A DNA stretch of 64,000 bases. Source: a virus (taxonomy: Duplodnaviria > Heunggongvirae > Uroviricota > Caudoviricetes). The translations under genes and the position numbers were made by a program. The notes below the pieces were generated by a model, which made no database searches, was not told the origin of the DNA, and was given only the letters and a program-made list of their open reading frames with translations. Shown here one piece after another: positions 19,289-28,972 of this stretch; the stretch's first letter is position 1; each line of letters opens with the position of its first letter. The DNA lies in the IMG/VR virus record IMGVR_UViG_3300028031_000001, positions 1 to 64,000 of that record, one strand, 5' to 3'.

Positions 19289-19699
19289 ATGAGTGAAGCA
19301 CAAAACAAAGCCTACATTTTGGATGCAGATTGTGACTATAACGTTCTGGTCTATGCACCTACTCGTAACAAGGCCAGAGCGGTGGGTTTGGACGGATATG
19401 AATATATAGAAACTACCGCCCGTAGAGCCCCAGAAGCAGATAAGTGGGCAAACGAAGGAAAAGTCTTCGAGGAAATCCCCTCCCGATTGCGAGACCTCGG
19501 TTGGTGGTGCGATGATCAAGGATACTTGGGTTGCAACCAATGCGGACTACATGACTGGAGTAGAGGCGAGAACAAAGATTGGGTTGTTTGTGATTGGTGC
19601 AACCAGTGTGGTGGTTGTGGGCATGACGAAGAATGCAGAGAAGCCAGTCGAGCAATACGCCCCACCCCAGATAACACTATAGAGGGTAACTCAAATTAA
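19289..19699 (+). CDS. Cys-rich zinc-binding protein
   Basis: CNQCGLHDW...CDWCNQCGGCGHDEEC. Confidence 0.45.
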   Translation: MSEAQNKAYILDADCDYNVLVYAPTRNKARAVGLDGYEYIETTARRAPEADKWANEGKVFEEIPSRLRDLGWWCDDQGYLGCNQCGLHDWSRGENKDWVVCDWCNQCGGCGHDEECREASRAIRPTPDNTIEGNSN

Positions 19700-20013
19700 A
19701 ATATTCGATAAATTAAAATGTAGCTATGGCCTCCACGTTTGGCAGGCATATCACTGGTTAAAGCCACATTTATACTCCTATCGCCGTTGTGAAAAATGTC
19801 AGGCAGTAGAAAGAGATGAAGGATTAGGATTCTCTACTTACGATAGCACGTTCGATCATTGTCACTCTGGAAGGGATGGTGAGTGCAATTGGAATCTATG
19901 TCCTCAAAATCGCCAAGATGAGCCGATGAAAACAGGACGCCATTGCCCGCTTGATAATAACGATCTTGAGTTTGAGTTATGACCCACACAGATAACCCTA
20001 TGGAGAAATAACT

Positions 20014-20199
20014 ATGAGTGACCAACCTTCGAGTAAGTTCTGCTTGAACTTCAGATCATGGCATTGCCCAGAGTGTAACGGCAGCGGGGTTATTCCAATA
20101 GGTTCAAACGAAAATGGCTGGGAACCACAGCAATGTCAATGGTGTGACGAGTTTGACAGGCTCATGCACCACGCTTATCCAGACGTGAAGTTTGATTAA
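20014..20199 (+). CDS. Zinc-ribbon protein
   Basis: CPECNGSG ... CQWCDE. Confidence 0.4.
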   Translation: MSDQPSSKFCLNFRSWHCPECNGSGVIPIGSNENGWEPQQCQWCDEFDRLMHHAYPDVKFD

Positions 20200-20310
20200 C
20201 CATTATAGGTACTAATTCACCAGCAATTAGATAATAGAATGTAAAACAAAATTCATGCCAGCCCAGCATTATATGGTAAAATATAGTCTAAATGTTTTAA
20301 GGTAAACTTT

Positions 20311-21324
20311 ATGAAAAAACTTTTTGAAAGCAGCAAAAGTGATCTTGCAAAAATTTCTTACGCATTACGTAAAAGATATTTCGAGGAGTGTGATAAGGCC
20401 GAAGCTACAAATTTGGAGATAGGCGATTTAGAAAGGCGCATATCAGGCGAACCGACTCTGAAGCAAGAATCTATAAAGGGTTACAACAATAAAGATAGTA
20501 ACAAATCCTCAGACGAGATATTTGCCGAAAAAACTTCCCATATTAATCAAATTTATGTTGAAAACAGAGAGCTTAGAAATGAAATAAAAAGTCTTAAAAG
20601 GAATATAGAAAAGCTTTGGGGTGAGATTAGGCATAGAGAGAAATATATTTCCGAAACATCTAAACGCTTAAGGGATTCTAGACATTTATCCCAACAAGAT
20701 AAGACTTATATTAACAAAATTATACGCGAAAAGAATGATGTTGTACGCAGGCTAGGTGAGGAAAATTCTAAACTTTTTGCATTACGAAAAAAAATAAAAG
20801 ATGCGGAGTCGGATCGAAAACAAATTTCAGTTAATGAAAATTTTCATATAACAGACCACTACTTAGTAACTGGAAATTTGGGTGTGCATGGCCCCGGCTC
20901 TTTTAAAGTCGATATTGGCGATGGTATCGAAGTATATACAGATATTAGTATATGCAAAGATTCTAATATACGAACATACGGTATTGCGCTTGCAGAAAAG
21001 CAACGCACTGGCGTCATTAGTCGTGATATAGGTTGGTACTGGAAGATAAAACCCTCCGATCAGTTGAAATACACACAGGTGCCATTCTCGCAGGTACAAC
21101 CTCTCCCAGAGGACGTGCCTACGATAACTACAACAACCTCGAACACTAACACAAAGAAGAAGAAAAAGAAAGGGAAAATTCGGTGGTTGCTATATATAGA
21201 TGATGGGGATGTAAATAGGTATATAGACTCTATACATAAAACCAAAGAAGATGCTTTAGAGTATGCCTCCTATACTTACCCAGAATACTTACACAAAATA
21301 AAGAAAATAAAAGTTTATAAATAA
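20311..21324 (+). CDS. Coiled-coil protein with a Thr/Lys-rich low-complexity linker
   Basis: N-terminal heptad-rich segment, then TTTTSNTNTKKKKKKGK. Confidence 0.5.
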   Translation: MKKLFESSKSDLAKISYALRKRYFEECDKAEATNLEIGDLERRISGEPTLKQESIKGYNNKDSNKSSDEIFAEKTSHINQIYVENRELRNEIKSLKRNIEKLWGEIRHREKYISETSKRLRDSRHLSQQDKTYINKIIREKNDVVRRLGEENSKLFALRKKIKDAESDRKQISVNENFHITDHYLVTGNLGVHGPGSFKVDIGDGIEVYTDISICKDSNIRTYGIALAEKQRTGVISRDIGWYWKIKPSDQLKYTQVPFSQVQPLPEDVPTITTTTSNTNTKKKKKKGKIRWLLYIDDGDVNRYIDSIHKTKEDALEYASYTYPEYLHKIKKIKVYK

Positions 21325-21386
21325 AGCTTGCAATCCTTATATACCTGTATATAGTGTAGCCATCAGAAACAAAACGGGCAACGCTT

Positions 21387-22097
21387 ATGAGCAAAATGGA
21401 ATATAAATACGAGGATACATTAAAGGCTTGGCTCGAACAAATCGGTCAAGAATTTATGGACGCCGACTGTTATAATGTTATCATTGATGATATAAGTGCA
21501 GATTCGTACGACGGTTTTATAGCATTTACCAATGGTGGTTTGGCTTTAACGTGCCACGACAATGCATATTTTGCGGAATGTCGGGGTTTTAGTAAAATAG
21601 AAAATGAATACCTTTCCGGCCATTTAGAGCGTGCCAATAAAGACGCTATAGATGATTTCATCCAAGAGAATGATAAGCTTCGAGCGTTAAACGAAGAACC
21701 GGGCTTTGATATTTTGAAACACTTCCAGCAATTGGAAGATGATTACAACGAATTTAAGCGCATCCAGCCTACATTCGAAGGCTTTCCTATGATGCCAGAA
21801 TTTAACGAAACCCCCGGAAATAAATTGCGTGAAGAAATGCATAACTACATTTCAGATCATATACAAGAAGGTTTTGATTTTTACTATAAAATTAGGGTTC
21901 AATATTATAAGGCAGATAACCCTAGAAATGATAGCGGAGAAGATGAAATATTCTTTATGTTCCTAATTAATACCGACTATACTTACGGGCGTGATAAGCA
22001 TGATAACCTTTTGTACGAACGCAACGTTCTGGTACGCGACTTAGCACCTAAAGTTTTAGAGGCAATCCATGACGATATTTGGGAGTTGTTTACATGA
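21387..22097 (+). CDS. Hypothetical protein
   Basis: 236-aa ORF. Confidence 0.5.
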   Translation: MSKMEYKYEDTLKAWLEQIGQEFMDADCYNVIIDDISADSYDGFIAFTNGGLALTCHDNAYFAECRGFSKIENEYLSGHLERANKDAIDDFIQENDKLRALNEEPGFDILKHFQQLEDDYNEFKRIQPTFEGFPMMPEFNETPGNKLREEMHNYISDHIQEGFDFYYKIRVQYYKADNPRNDSGEDEIFFMFLINTDYTYGRDKHDNLLYERNVLVRDLAPKVLEAIHDDIWELFT

Positions 22098-22528
22098 AGT
22101 ATATTAAATTCACAGGTGACTATTCACAACTAAAAAATATGGGATATGAATTCCAGAAGCTCTTCGCTGGCAACTACATGCAGTGGAGTAAAGGATATAC
22201 CCGCATATGGAAAAAGGGTGGAGATGTTAGTATAGATAGACTGACCAATTATGAAGGTGCATTCTTTGAGTGGTTCAAGCGGTACTATGACAAACAAGTA
22301 CCTCTACCCACAACCAAGCATGGATTCATTCGGGTACAGCTTGATATGCAGACCGGTGAAGTCAATCTGAACGTCACAAAGTACGTAGAACAGAATAAGG
22401 CTATGATGACAGATGATAGCGTGGAATACCGGTACGAATTAACGGTATTATCTGTAAAGAATTTATCACCCCTTCTTGAACTTGTTAAGTTGGGATGGGT
22501 TGAACTGGGAGAATATGATGAAAATTAA
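22079..22528 (+). CDS. Hypothetical protein
   Basis: 149-aa ORF. Confidence 0.45.
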   Translation: MGVVYMKYIKFTGDYSQLKNMGYEFQKLFAGNYMQWSKGYTRIWKKGGDVSIDRLTNYEGAFFEWFKRYYDKQVPLPTTKHGFIRVQLDMQTGEVNLNVTKYVEQNKAMMTDDSVEYRYELTVLSVKNLSPLLELVKLGWVELGEYDEN

Positions 22529-22676
22529 AGATAAGCAGATTATTGGCTTTGATGTTAATAAGGTAGAAGCTGGTTAAAATAAATCTTGACTCCAGCTTTT
22601 ACAGGAGTAAACTAACATAATCAAAAACAGAAGCGCTCGCTTTACTTAAAGAAGCGTACTGGGAAGGGAGGATAGT

Positions 22677-22988
22677 ATGAGTTACAAAACCAAAGAGAAA
22701 TTCTACGCTTGGGTAAAAACCAATCATGGTAATAGAAAAATAGATCACACGCCACATCCGGAATTAGGGCCATTTTGTAGCTGTGCGTTAGGGCTTTTCG
22801 TTAGACATGAAAGCTCTATACAGGGTAAGTCCTTAAATGGCGAACAAATTCGAAATGTGATAGGGGAATTGGGTTCGGTTCTGCCATTTGATCTTTACGA
22901 TGCACTTTTTGGAATGGATGAATTTCAAACTTATGGTGAACTAAAAGAATATATAGCTTATGATGAAAATTGGGAATTAGGAGAATAG
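22677..22988 (+). CDS. Hypothetical protein
   Basis: An RBS GGGAGG lies before the ATG. Confidence 0.45.
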   Translation: MSYKTKEKFYAWVKTNHGNRKIDHTPHPELGPFCSCALGLFVRHESSIQGKSLNGEQIRNVIGELGSVLPFDLYDALFGMDEFQTYGELKEYIAYDENWELGE

Positions 22989-22989
22989 T

Positions 22990-23211
22990 ATGATGAAATC
23001 AGGATACATAACAATTAGAGATGAAAAAATTATCGGTACTATAACCGATACAGAAAATGGTAAGCACGTCGTACTGGACTCGCCAGAAGCTCTAGAGACA
23101 TATTTGGAAGTGTATGGCCCCGCTAAATGCTCTTCTTTAATCGACTTCCCAGAGGATTACGGAGTGAATCAGGGGTTCTTAAATTATGTAATGGGTGGTG
23201 TAATTTCTTAA
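22990..23211 (+). CDS. Hypothetical protein
   Basis: 73 aa, in tandem with the upstream gene. Confidence 0.35.
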   Translation: MMKSGYITIRDEKIIGTITDTENGKHVVLDSPEALETYLEVYGPAKCSSLIDFPEDYGVNQGFLNYVMGGVIS

Positions 23212-23273
23212 ATAATAAATTGACATAGTGTGGTTTAGAGTTCACAATAGTTACAAATAAACAGGTAAAGTAT

Positions 23274-23465
23274 ATGAGACAATTTGATGTACAGTTTAAA
23301 CCAACGGGGAAAAGAAATGGCCCAGAATTTAGATTCGAATTGAATTTCAACGGCATTAAGGCTGAGACTCAAGAAGCCGCTATCAAAGATGCGACAGAAT
23401 TTCTAAAAAGTTATAGGGTTAGCTTAGTAACCGAACAAGTAACTACAAAGTTTGATCCGTCATGA
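23274..23465 (+). CDS. Hypothetical protein
   Basis: 63-aa ORF. Confidence 0.3.
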   Translation: MRQFDVQFKPTGKRNGPEFRFELNFNGIKAETQEAAIKDATEFLKSYRVSLVTEQVTTKFDPS

Positions 23466-23580
23466 CTCGGGATTCTAAAGCCGGTAAGATATTATGCCGA
23501 GAAGTCGTTTCTATAGTTTTATGGCCTTTATTATTAGTTGGTATACTTTATCTATTAACTTTGTTGTAGGGGGTATATTT

Positions 23581-23805
23581 ATGAATAAATTCCAGATACC
23601 AAAAAACGTGTTAGAAGAAATCGAATACCAAATCGCTAGATGTTATTTGAATTACCCCGACAACCTTAGAGCATACAGGGTATCGGATAGATATGGTAAG
23701 CCGGAATTCATAGCATCTGTTAAAACTGGGTGTTGCAGATTCTGGGAAGGCTCTGCACTGGTAGATGGTGAACTTTGGGTTATAGGGTGTAACTATGGAC
23801 ACTGA
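23581..23805 (+). CDS. Hypothetical protein
   Basis: An internal start MNKFQIPKN after a GGGGG RBS lies inside tracked ORF 23494..23805. Confidence 0.35.
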   Translation: MNKFQIPKNVLEEIEYQIARCYLNYPDNLRAYRVSDRYGKPEFIASVKTGCCRFWEGSALVDGELWVIGCNYGH

Positions 23806-24166
23806 AAATAAAAGGGTATATGGAAAGTGGGCTGGTAATACTAATGGGACTCCAGCGGTACAGGGTAAATGCAAAGAGTCTATAAGGGGAGATTTCTGGA
23901 GTTTCAACCAATGCACTAACAACGCCAAGAAAGATGGTTACTGTTTAATGCATCATCCTGATAAAGTAAAAGCGCGTAGGGATAAACAAGACGCCAAATG
24001 GGAAATGGAGCGGGAAATTTCACAACGCCCATATAAAAAGCGTTTATTGTACTGGGAGACTTTAACGAAAATTGCTAATGGCGGCATCAATGATCCAGTA
24101 GGGTACGCAAAAATGGTGTTGGGCGCGAGCCACGAAGAGGTGGACAGGCTGTTAGATGATAAGTGA
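23795..24166 (+). CDS. Hypothetical Cys/His-containing protein
   Basis: CKESIRGDFWSFNQCTNN..CLMHH. Confidence 0.4.
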   Translation: MDTENKRVYGKWAGNTNGTPAVQGKCKESIRGDFWSFNQCTNNAKKDGYCLMHHPDKVKARRDKQDAKWEMEREISQRPYKKRLLYWETLTKIANGGINDPVGYAKMVLGASHEEVDRLLDDK

Positions 24167-24380
24167 ACTAAAATTGGTTGACCAAATTGAATCTGAGGGC
24201 TGGGAATTGTACACCCGTACCAATTGCAGGGGTCAGCATAACCAAAATACATCTTGGTTTGCGACTAGAGAAGGTTATACGCCTATATTTTTGTCATGCG
24301 TTTTTAAAAATTCATTACCTAATCTCGATTACATGTTAGGACAATTCTGGATCAGGATTGGGTTAAAGGAAAAGTTATAA
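24156..24380 (+). CDS. Hypothetical protein
   Basis: 74-aa ORF. Confidence 0.3.
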   Translation: MISELKLVDQIESEGWELYTRTNCRGQHNQNTSWFATREGYTPIFLSCVFKNSLPNLDYMLGQFWIRIGLKEKL

Positions 24381-24580
24381 TGTCGTATTACATTTTGGTA
24401 GCTATTACCCTCTCATTTGTATTCTTTATCGTTATAGAATTAACAAAAGGAAACTACCCTAAAAATCCAAGAACAACAATTGCATTGGGAATATTTTTCG
24501 TGTTTTATGTAATATTAATTAAAGAAGTTGGGTATGTAGCAATAGACCAAGTTATTGAAAACGTTATCAGTGCGGAGTAA
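24380..24580 (+). CDS. Small membrane protein
   Basis: 66 aa, hydrophobic. Confidence 0.3.
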   Translation: MSYYILVAITLSFVFFIVIELTKGNYPKNPRTTIALGIFFVFYVILIKEVGYVAIDQVIENVISAE

Positions 24581-24583
24581 GTT

Positions 24584-25273
24584 ATGAGTAAATTTGAATG
24601 TGGTGGACTTAAGAAAGGTGAGTTATTTATAATGTCTCAAGCGATAGGTACTGGTAGAAGTTTAAGAAACGAAACCATCTTAAGGTATAAATCTGATGCG
24701 ATGCGCATACGAATGGCCGAGGAATTCGCCACACAGGCCCACAAGGGGCAGTTAAGGCGCTTTGGAGAGGGTGAGGCATACATAGAGCACCCTAAACGCG
24801 TAGCGAAGCGTGTAAGCGATGCTAGACTTTCTGTAGAAGCTATACAATCCGCCTTATTGCACGATGTGGTTGAAGATTGTGATGTTACATCGGAACAAAT
24901 CTATAAAAAGTTTGGGGATGTAGTTGGTCGATACGTTGACGTTATGACCGACATACCATATATAAAAGGTGGCCCGAATCGAGCTGCTAGAAAAGAAATA
25001 ACAAGAAATAAATTCCTATTGCTTCAGGGTCTTGAGTCAATCGAGGTTGCAACAATCAAGGTAGCTGATTGTATTGATAATGCCGTTAGTATTAAAGAAA
25101 ATGACCCTGATTTTTGGAGGGTATTTCGTAAAGAAATATTTGCACTATCCGGAATATTGACTCTAGCAGAGCCTAATATGCATGATAAACTACGGGATAT
25201 TCTTGAAATGCCTCGTAGAATACACACTAAAAAGGTATTAAGTTTATGGGAATATGGGGAACTAAAAATTTAA
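24584..25273 (+). CDS. HD-domain (p)ppGpp hydrolase-like protein (small alarmone hydrolase, SpoT/Mesh1 family)
   Basis: AHKGQLRRFGEGEAYIEHPKRVA ... ALLHDVVEDCDVT matches the RelA/SpoT HD hydrolase motifs (HxGQxR, HDVVEDT). Confidence 0.8.
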   Translation: MSKFECGGLKKGELFIMSQAIGTGRSLRNETILRYKSDAMRIRMAEEFATQAHKGQLRRFGEGEAYIEHPKRVAKRVSDARLSVEAIQSALLHDVVEDCDVTSEQIYKKFGDVVGRYVDVMTDIPYIKGGPNRAARKEITRNKFLLLQGLESIEVATIKVADCIDNAVSIKENDPDFWRVFRKEIFALSGILTLAEPNMHDKLRDILEMPRRIHTKKVLSLWEYGELKI

Positions 25274-25286
25274 GATAAAGCTTGAC

Positions 25287-25316
25287 TATAACGTCCCATG
25301 CTATATATTAACACTA
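25287..25316 (+). promoter_or_regulatory. Sigma70-like promoter
   Basis: TTGACT -35 element and a TATATT -10-like element about 16-17 nt downstream, ahead of gene 25332. Confidence 0.35.
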
Positions 25317-25331
25317 TCAAAGATAAAATAA

Positions 25332-25604
25332 ATGGGTAAATATATGAATAAAGAAGAATTCGTTAAACAGATTAACCAGTTACGCCGCGACCACAGTAAA
25401 AGCGTAAAGAATAAATTTTCGGACTGGTATTTTTTTACTGGCAAGGTAGAAGGTATACCAGTTCATATAAAGGGGTATGAAACCCATATCCAAATTTTTA
25501 ATACGCCATACTTTAAAGACGGAAGTGTTTACGATTTGTCTGTAAAAGGGTTTACCGAATACCTTGAAAAAACAGCAGCTAGCGCTATTAAGGCTGGCTT
25601 ATAA
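25332..25604 (+). CDS. Hypothetical protein
   Basis: 90-aa ORF. Confidence 0.4.
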   Translation: MGKYMNKEEFVKQINQLRRDHSKSVKNKFSDWYFFTGKVEGIPVHIKGYETHIQIFNTPYFKDGSVYDLSVKGFTEYLEKTAASAIKAGL

Positions 25605-25629
25605 ATAAATATAATATTGGGAGGTAAGT

Positions 25630-25827
25630 ATGGAAGATTTAGTGAAGGTACTTTTAACGGCTAGCTTAACATTTGTAATATCTTTTCTTTTTATAAGATT
25701 TTCGCGATATAATTTTGAAATACATTCTCCTAAAACCGCTGTAGCGGTACTGACAATACTTTTCTTATCTCTAGGAGTTATTTTTGTATCTCCGATAATT
25801 TACATAATTTGGCTAATCTGGATGTAA
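25630..25827 (+). CDS. Small membrane protein
   Basis: 65 aa, hydrophobic. Confidence 0.3.
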   Translation: MEDLVKVLLTASLTFVISFLFIRFSRYNFEIHSPKTAVAVLTILFLSLGVIFVSPIIYIIWLIWM

Positions 25828-25844
25828 TTAATATATAAAAATAA

Positions 25845-25873
25845 TCCTTGACTGTAGTATTTATAGGGGTATA
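25845..25873 (+). promoter_or_regulatory. Promoter-like element TTGACT-N16-TATAGT overlapping a conserved ATAGGGGTATAG motif
   Basis: CCTTGACTgtagtatttataggggTATAGT ahead of gene 25916. The same GGGGTATAG motif recurs at 27345. Confidence 0.4.
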
Positions 25874-25915
25874 GTAAATAACATCAACAATATAAACATT
25901 AAAAGGAACACGCCC

Positions 25916-26122
25916 ATGATGATACTTAACTACCAAAGCAAGAAAGAACTTAAAGAAAATATTGGTAACCGATTACAATATACCGAAACTTCGATGTTTG
26001 GGCCTGAGTACTTAAGCAATGGCACCTTTGCTGGTTGCAACCGCCCTCACCTTACTGGTTACAAGCGTGAGTTCTTCGCTAAAGTAACTATCCAAAACGA
26101 TTTAATCAAAAGTGTTGTTTAG
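25916..26122 (+). CDS. Hypothetical protein
   Basis: 68-aa ORF. Confidence 0.35.
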   Translation: MMILNYQSKKELKENIGNRLQYTETSMFGPEYLSNGTFAGCNRPHLTGYKREFFAKVTIQNDLIKSVV

Positions 26123-26124
26123 CT

Positions 26125-26316
26125 ATGAAATCTCTTAAAATCAATATCCATCCCCACGCTTGCTTGTATAATTCTTTTGTAGCAACATTTGACGATTACG
26201 ATGGCGCTCCAGATGCGAATTATCATCCAATCGGTCAAGGATGTACCGAAAAAGACGCTGTAATTGATTTGATTGATGACTGGATAGAAAGCGGGAGAAA
26301 TTTTAATGATTATTGA
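26125..26316 (+). CDS. Hypothetical protein
   Basis: 63-aa ORF. Confidence 0.3.
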   Translation: MKSLKINIHPHACLYNSFVATFDDYDGAPDANYHPIGQGCTEKDAVIDLIDDWIESGRNFNDY

Positions 26317-27001
26317 ATCAAATAAAACTCAAATGCATAAATTCTCTAATGGGCATAAAGTTCTTGCGCATAAGCATCCGAATGGGGGTGGGTGGGTTGC
26401 GGAAACTGCATATGTCGCAAAAACTGCGTATGTTGGTTTATATGCTGAAGTATTAGACTGTAGCCATATGTATGGTAATAGTAAGATGCATGAACGCAGC
26501 CAGATGCATGGTAATAGTAAGATGTATAGTAATAGTAGGATGTATGGTAATAGTAAGATGCATGGTAATAGTAGGATGCATGACAATAGTAGGATGCATG
26601 ACAATAGTAGGATGCATGAACACAGCCAGATGCATAACCACAGCCATATGCATGACAATAGTAGGATGCATGAACGCAGCCAGATGTATGACCGCAGCTA
26701 TATGTGTGGTAATAGTAGGATGTATGACCTCAGTAGGATATATAACCGCAGCTATATGTGTGGTGAGGCAATATTAAAAAATCGACAGGTTTGTTATGGG
26801 ATTACAAGGTCTGATGGGTATAGCTTTATATATATCGACTATTTCGAATCAGAACCGCATGTTCAAGCGGGCTGTAGAAATTTTACTATGGACGAAGCTA
26901 AAACACACTGGTTAAATACTCGCGGTGGAACGAAATTAGGTACGGAAACTATGTTGATTCTGCATTTATTGAAAATACAGTACGAAATTCAAAATAATTA
27001 A
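26306..27001 (+). CDS. Hexapeptide-repeat (left-handed beta-helix-like) protein
   Basis: An N-terminal [V]xxxAY hexads region, then about 17 consecutive hexads S[KR]M[HY]xN. The C-terminus is non-repetitive. The repeat is encoded by 18-bp DNA tandem repeats. Confidence 0.6.
   Translation: MIIESNKTQMHKFSNGHKVLAHKHPNGGGWVAETAYVAKTAYVGLYAEVLDCSHMYGNSKMHERSQMHGNSKMYSNSRMYGNSKMHGNSRMHDNSRMHDNSRMHEHSQMHNHSHMHDNSRMHERSQMYDRSYMCGNSRMYDLSRIYNRSYMCGEAILKNRQVCYGITRSDGYSFIYIDYFESEPHVQAGCRNFTMDEAKTHWLNTRGGTKLGTETMLILHLLKIQYEIQNN
26458..26766 (+). repeat. About 17 tandem 18-bp repeats (GGTAATAGTAGGATGCAT-like) encoding the hexapeptide repeats
   Basis: Direct reading of the sequence; the repeats are contiguous with no spacers. 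Confidence 0.8.
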
Positions 27002-27012
27002 CCGGAGATACT

Positions 27013-27252
27013 ATGAAAATAATCAAAAAAACCAATTATGTTGTAACGACTCAAGAATGGCAAAACGGACTATCGGCAGAGCCTATAGCCGGAGGGGTAA
27101 AAGTCTTACCGGCTCGCACTTTCGTTGAAAACGAATTCGAATGCGAGACCGATTACGAAGTCCGTACTATCCTTGGTAAAGGTAAATTCAACCGAATGTA
27201 TCAAGTTACGAGCCCTGTAGGTTTGCCGGTTCATCAGTTTGGCCCATTTTGA
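27013..27252 (+). CDS. Hypothetical protein
   Basis: 79-aa ORF with a GGAG RBS. Confidence 0.4.
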   Translation: MKIIKKTNYVVTTQEWQNGLSAEPIAGGVKVLPARTFVENEFECETDYEVRTILGKGKFNRMYQVTSPVGLPVHQFGPF

Positions 27253-27367
27253 AAAACGAACAGCGAATAAAAGATTTCATTTTGGGCTGGACATTGATGG
27301 GTGTAGCGTGTATATTTCTTGTATTAATAACTAACACCTAAAACAAATTTCATAGGGGTATAGCATT

Positions 27368-27673
27368 ATGGCTAAATCAAAACTAACATATACAAACTTT
27401 AAAAAATTCGTATCTGGACAACCAAAAGATAAAGAAATAAATCATCGGAGTCATTGGGGCGCTTGTTCAATTGGAGATTTCTATGTATCAAACGGTTTTA
27501 CCCGAGATCAAGCTTATAAGGCTTTTGATAGTAAAATTCTCAGGAACGTAGAAAACAGATTCCGTTTACAATTACCAGAGGAAGTGGTAAGAATTTTAAG
27601 TACCCCCTCAACAGCGGAAAAGATAGCCCCAACCTACGGGAAACTTAATCAATTCCTACAGGAGAATGTGTAA
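27368..27673 (+). CDS. Hypothetical protein
   Basis: 101-aa ORF preceded by a GGGGTATAG motif. Confidence 0.4.
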   Translation: MAKSKLTYTNFKKFVSGQPKDKEINHRSHWGACSIGDFYVSNGFTRDQAYKAFDSKILRNVENRFRLQLPEEVVRILSTPSTAEKIAPTYGKLNQFLQENV

Positions 27674-28047
27674 TGAGTAAACAAGAAAAACAGAAACTAT
27701 TTGACACCTCTTACTTGCATATCATGCGGCAGGGTGAGCCTAGCATACAAAACAGTCTATGTGTCTATAAAAGCGATTCTGGCTTATCTTGTGCTGCCGC
27801 ACCATTTATAATCAATTATCACCCACAAATGGAGGAAAACGACTTCTGTAACGTAATCAAAGATTTCCCAGAAGATGTAGACCCTATAGCCGTTAATAAT
27901 GCAAATTTTGTAGTACTTTTGCAAAAAGCTCACGACTTTTCTAAGGATATAAATAATTCCCGCTTCTTAGAAAAATATAAAGAAATAATGGCCGGCATAT
28001 CACATAACTACGGCCTGACTATACCGGACGTAGGGCAGGTATTATGA
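27673..28047 (+). CDS. Hypothetical protein
   Basis: 124-aa ORF. Confidence 0.4.
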   Translation: MSKQEKQKLFDTSYLHIMRQGEPSIQNSLCVYKSDSGLSCAAAPFIINYHPQMEENDFCNVIKDFPEDVDPIAVNNANFVVLLQKAHDFSKDINNSRFLEKYKEIMAGISHNYGLTIPDVGQVL

Positions 28048-28235
28048 ATGCATTAGCTAAAATTTTTCAAACCGTAGCAATGATAGGGCTAATATTAACC
28101 TCTATTATATCGATAGTTTTACCATATGACCCCGACCTCCAATCTGAATTGTTATATATTCAGTTAAAACTTTTGGTTATTGGGTATTATAGTATCATGG
28201 CTTTTGTCATCCCAAACCTGAAAATGAAAAAGTAA
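28044..28235 (+). CDS. Small membrane protein
   Basis: 63 aa, hydrophobic. Confidence 0.3.
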   Translation: MNALAKIFQTVAMIGLILTSIISIVLPYDPDLQSELLYIQLKLLVIGYYSIMAFVIPNLKMKK

Positions 28236-28902
28236 TTCATGCTATGCCAGCATTTTCAGGAACTACCAATATATATCAATCCTTAATGTTTTCAATGAGT
28301 TATAAGCATAGCTCCAAAAGAGATAACAGCCCATTCAACTACACCCAACCCACCTATTCTTAAAACACCCCTCCCAAGCAGATAAATACTTAAACCAGCT
28401 TTTATATAAACCCAACTGTATTTATATCTTAATTATCAATGACTTACTATAAACAATCCCACACCGCGTTACACTTTAGACGACGTAGTATCTTAATAAA
28501 GCATAGTAAATCACCTAAAAACAGATATCTATTACTTTTTGGAATACATCAATCTACATACTTTCTTATTGGGAATATATGACCCATTTTACCTTTGATA
28601 TTAGCTCAATTCCACTTTAAAGGTTGTTATTTGTTTTATGTACCTATAAAAATGGTTAAATGGATATGTAGAAGCTTATGTGGGCTCTGTGGCTGTATTT
28701 AAAATGAAAAGGAACCCCGTTACCCAGATAATGACTAAAACGTCTCCACCGGGCTTAAATTCATTGTATTTCTTTTCGGATATAAGAAAGGAAGAGAAAG
28801 CAATTTGGATTTTGAGTTCCATAAATTTTTATAAAAGGGGAGCTTTCTTAATAGAGAAAAAAATGAAGACCTCTGGGGATATATTCAAATATACAGACAT
28901 AA

Positions 28903-28972
28903 TAATATCCTAATATTTAAACATAGTAATATCTTAATATTTGAATATTCGTATATAGCAATATCTTAATAT
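28903..28972. repeat. Three iteron-like copies of AATATC(C/T)TAATATT in a 1.6 kb non-coding region
   Basis: Copies begin near 28905, 28927 and 28958. Each has an internal palindrome AATATT. The flanks are AT-rich. Confidence 0.5.

Noticed and set aside
26329-26777. Possible CRISPR-like array, or additional ORFs (26329..26658 -, 26453..26671 -, 26472..26777 +), over the 18-bp tandem repeat
   Set aside because: The repeats are contiguous with no spacers, and they sit in frame inside a + strand gene with non-repeat N- and C-termini. ORFs in the other frames and on the other strand are low-complexity artefacts of the repeat.
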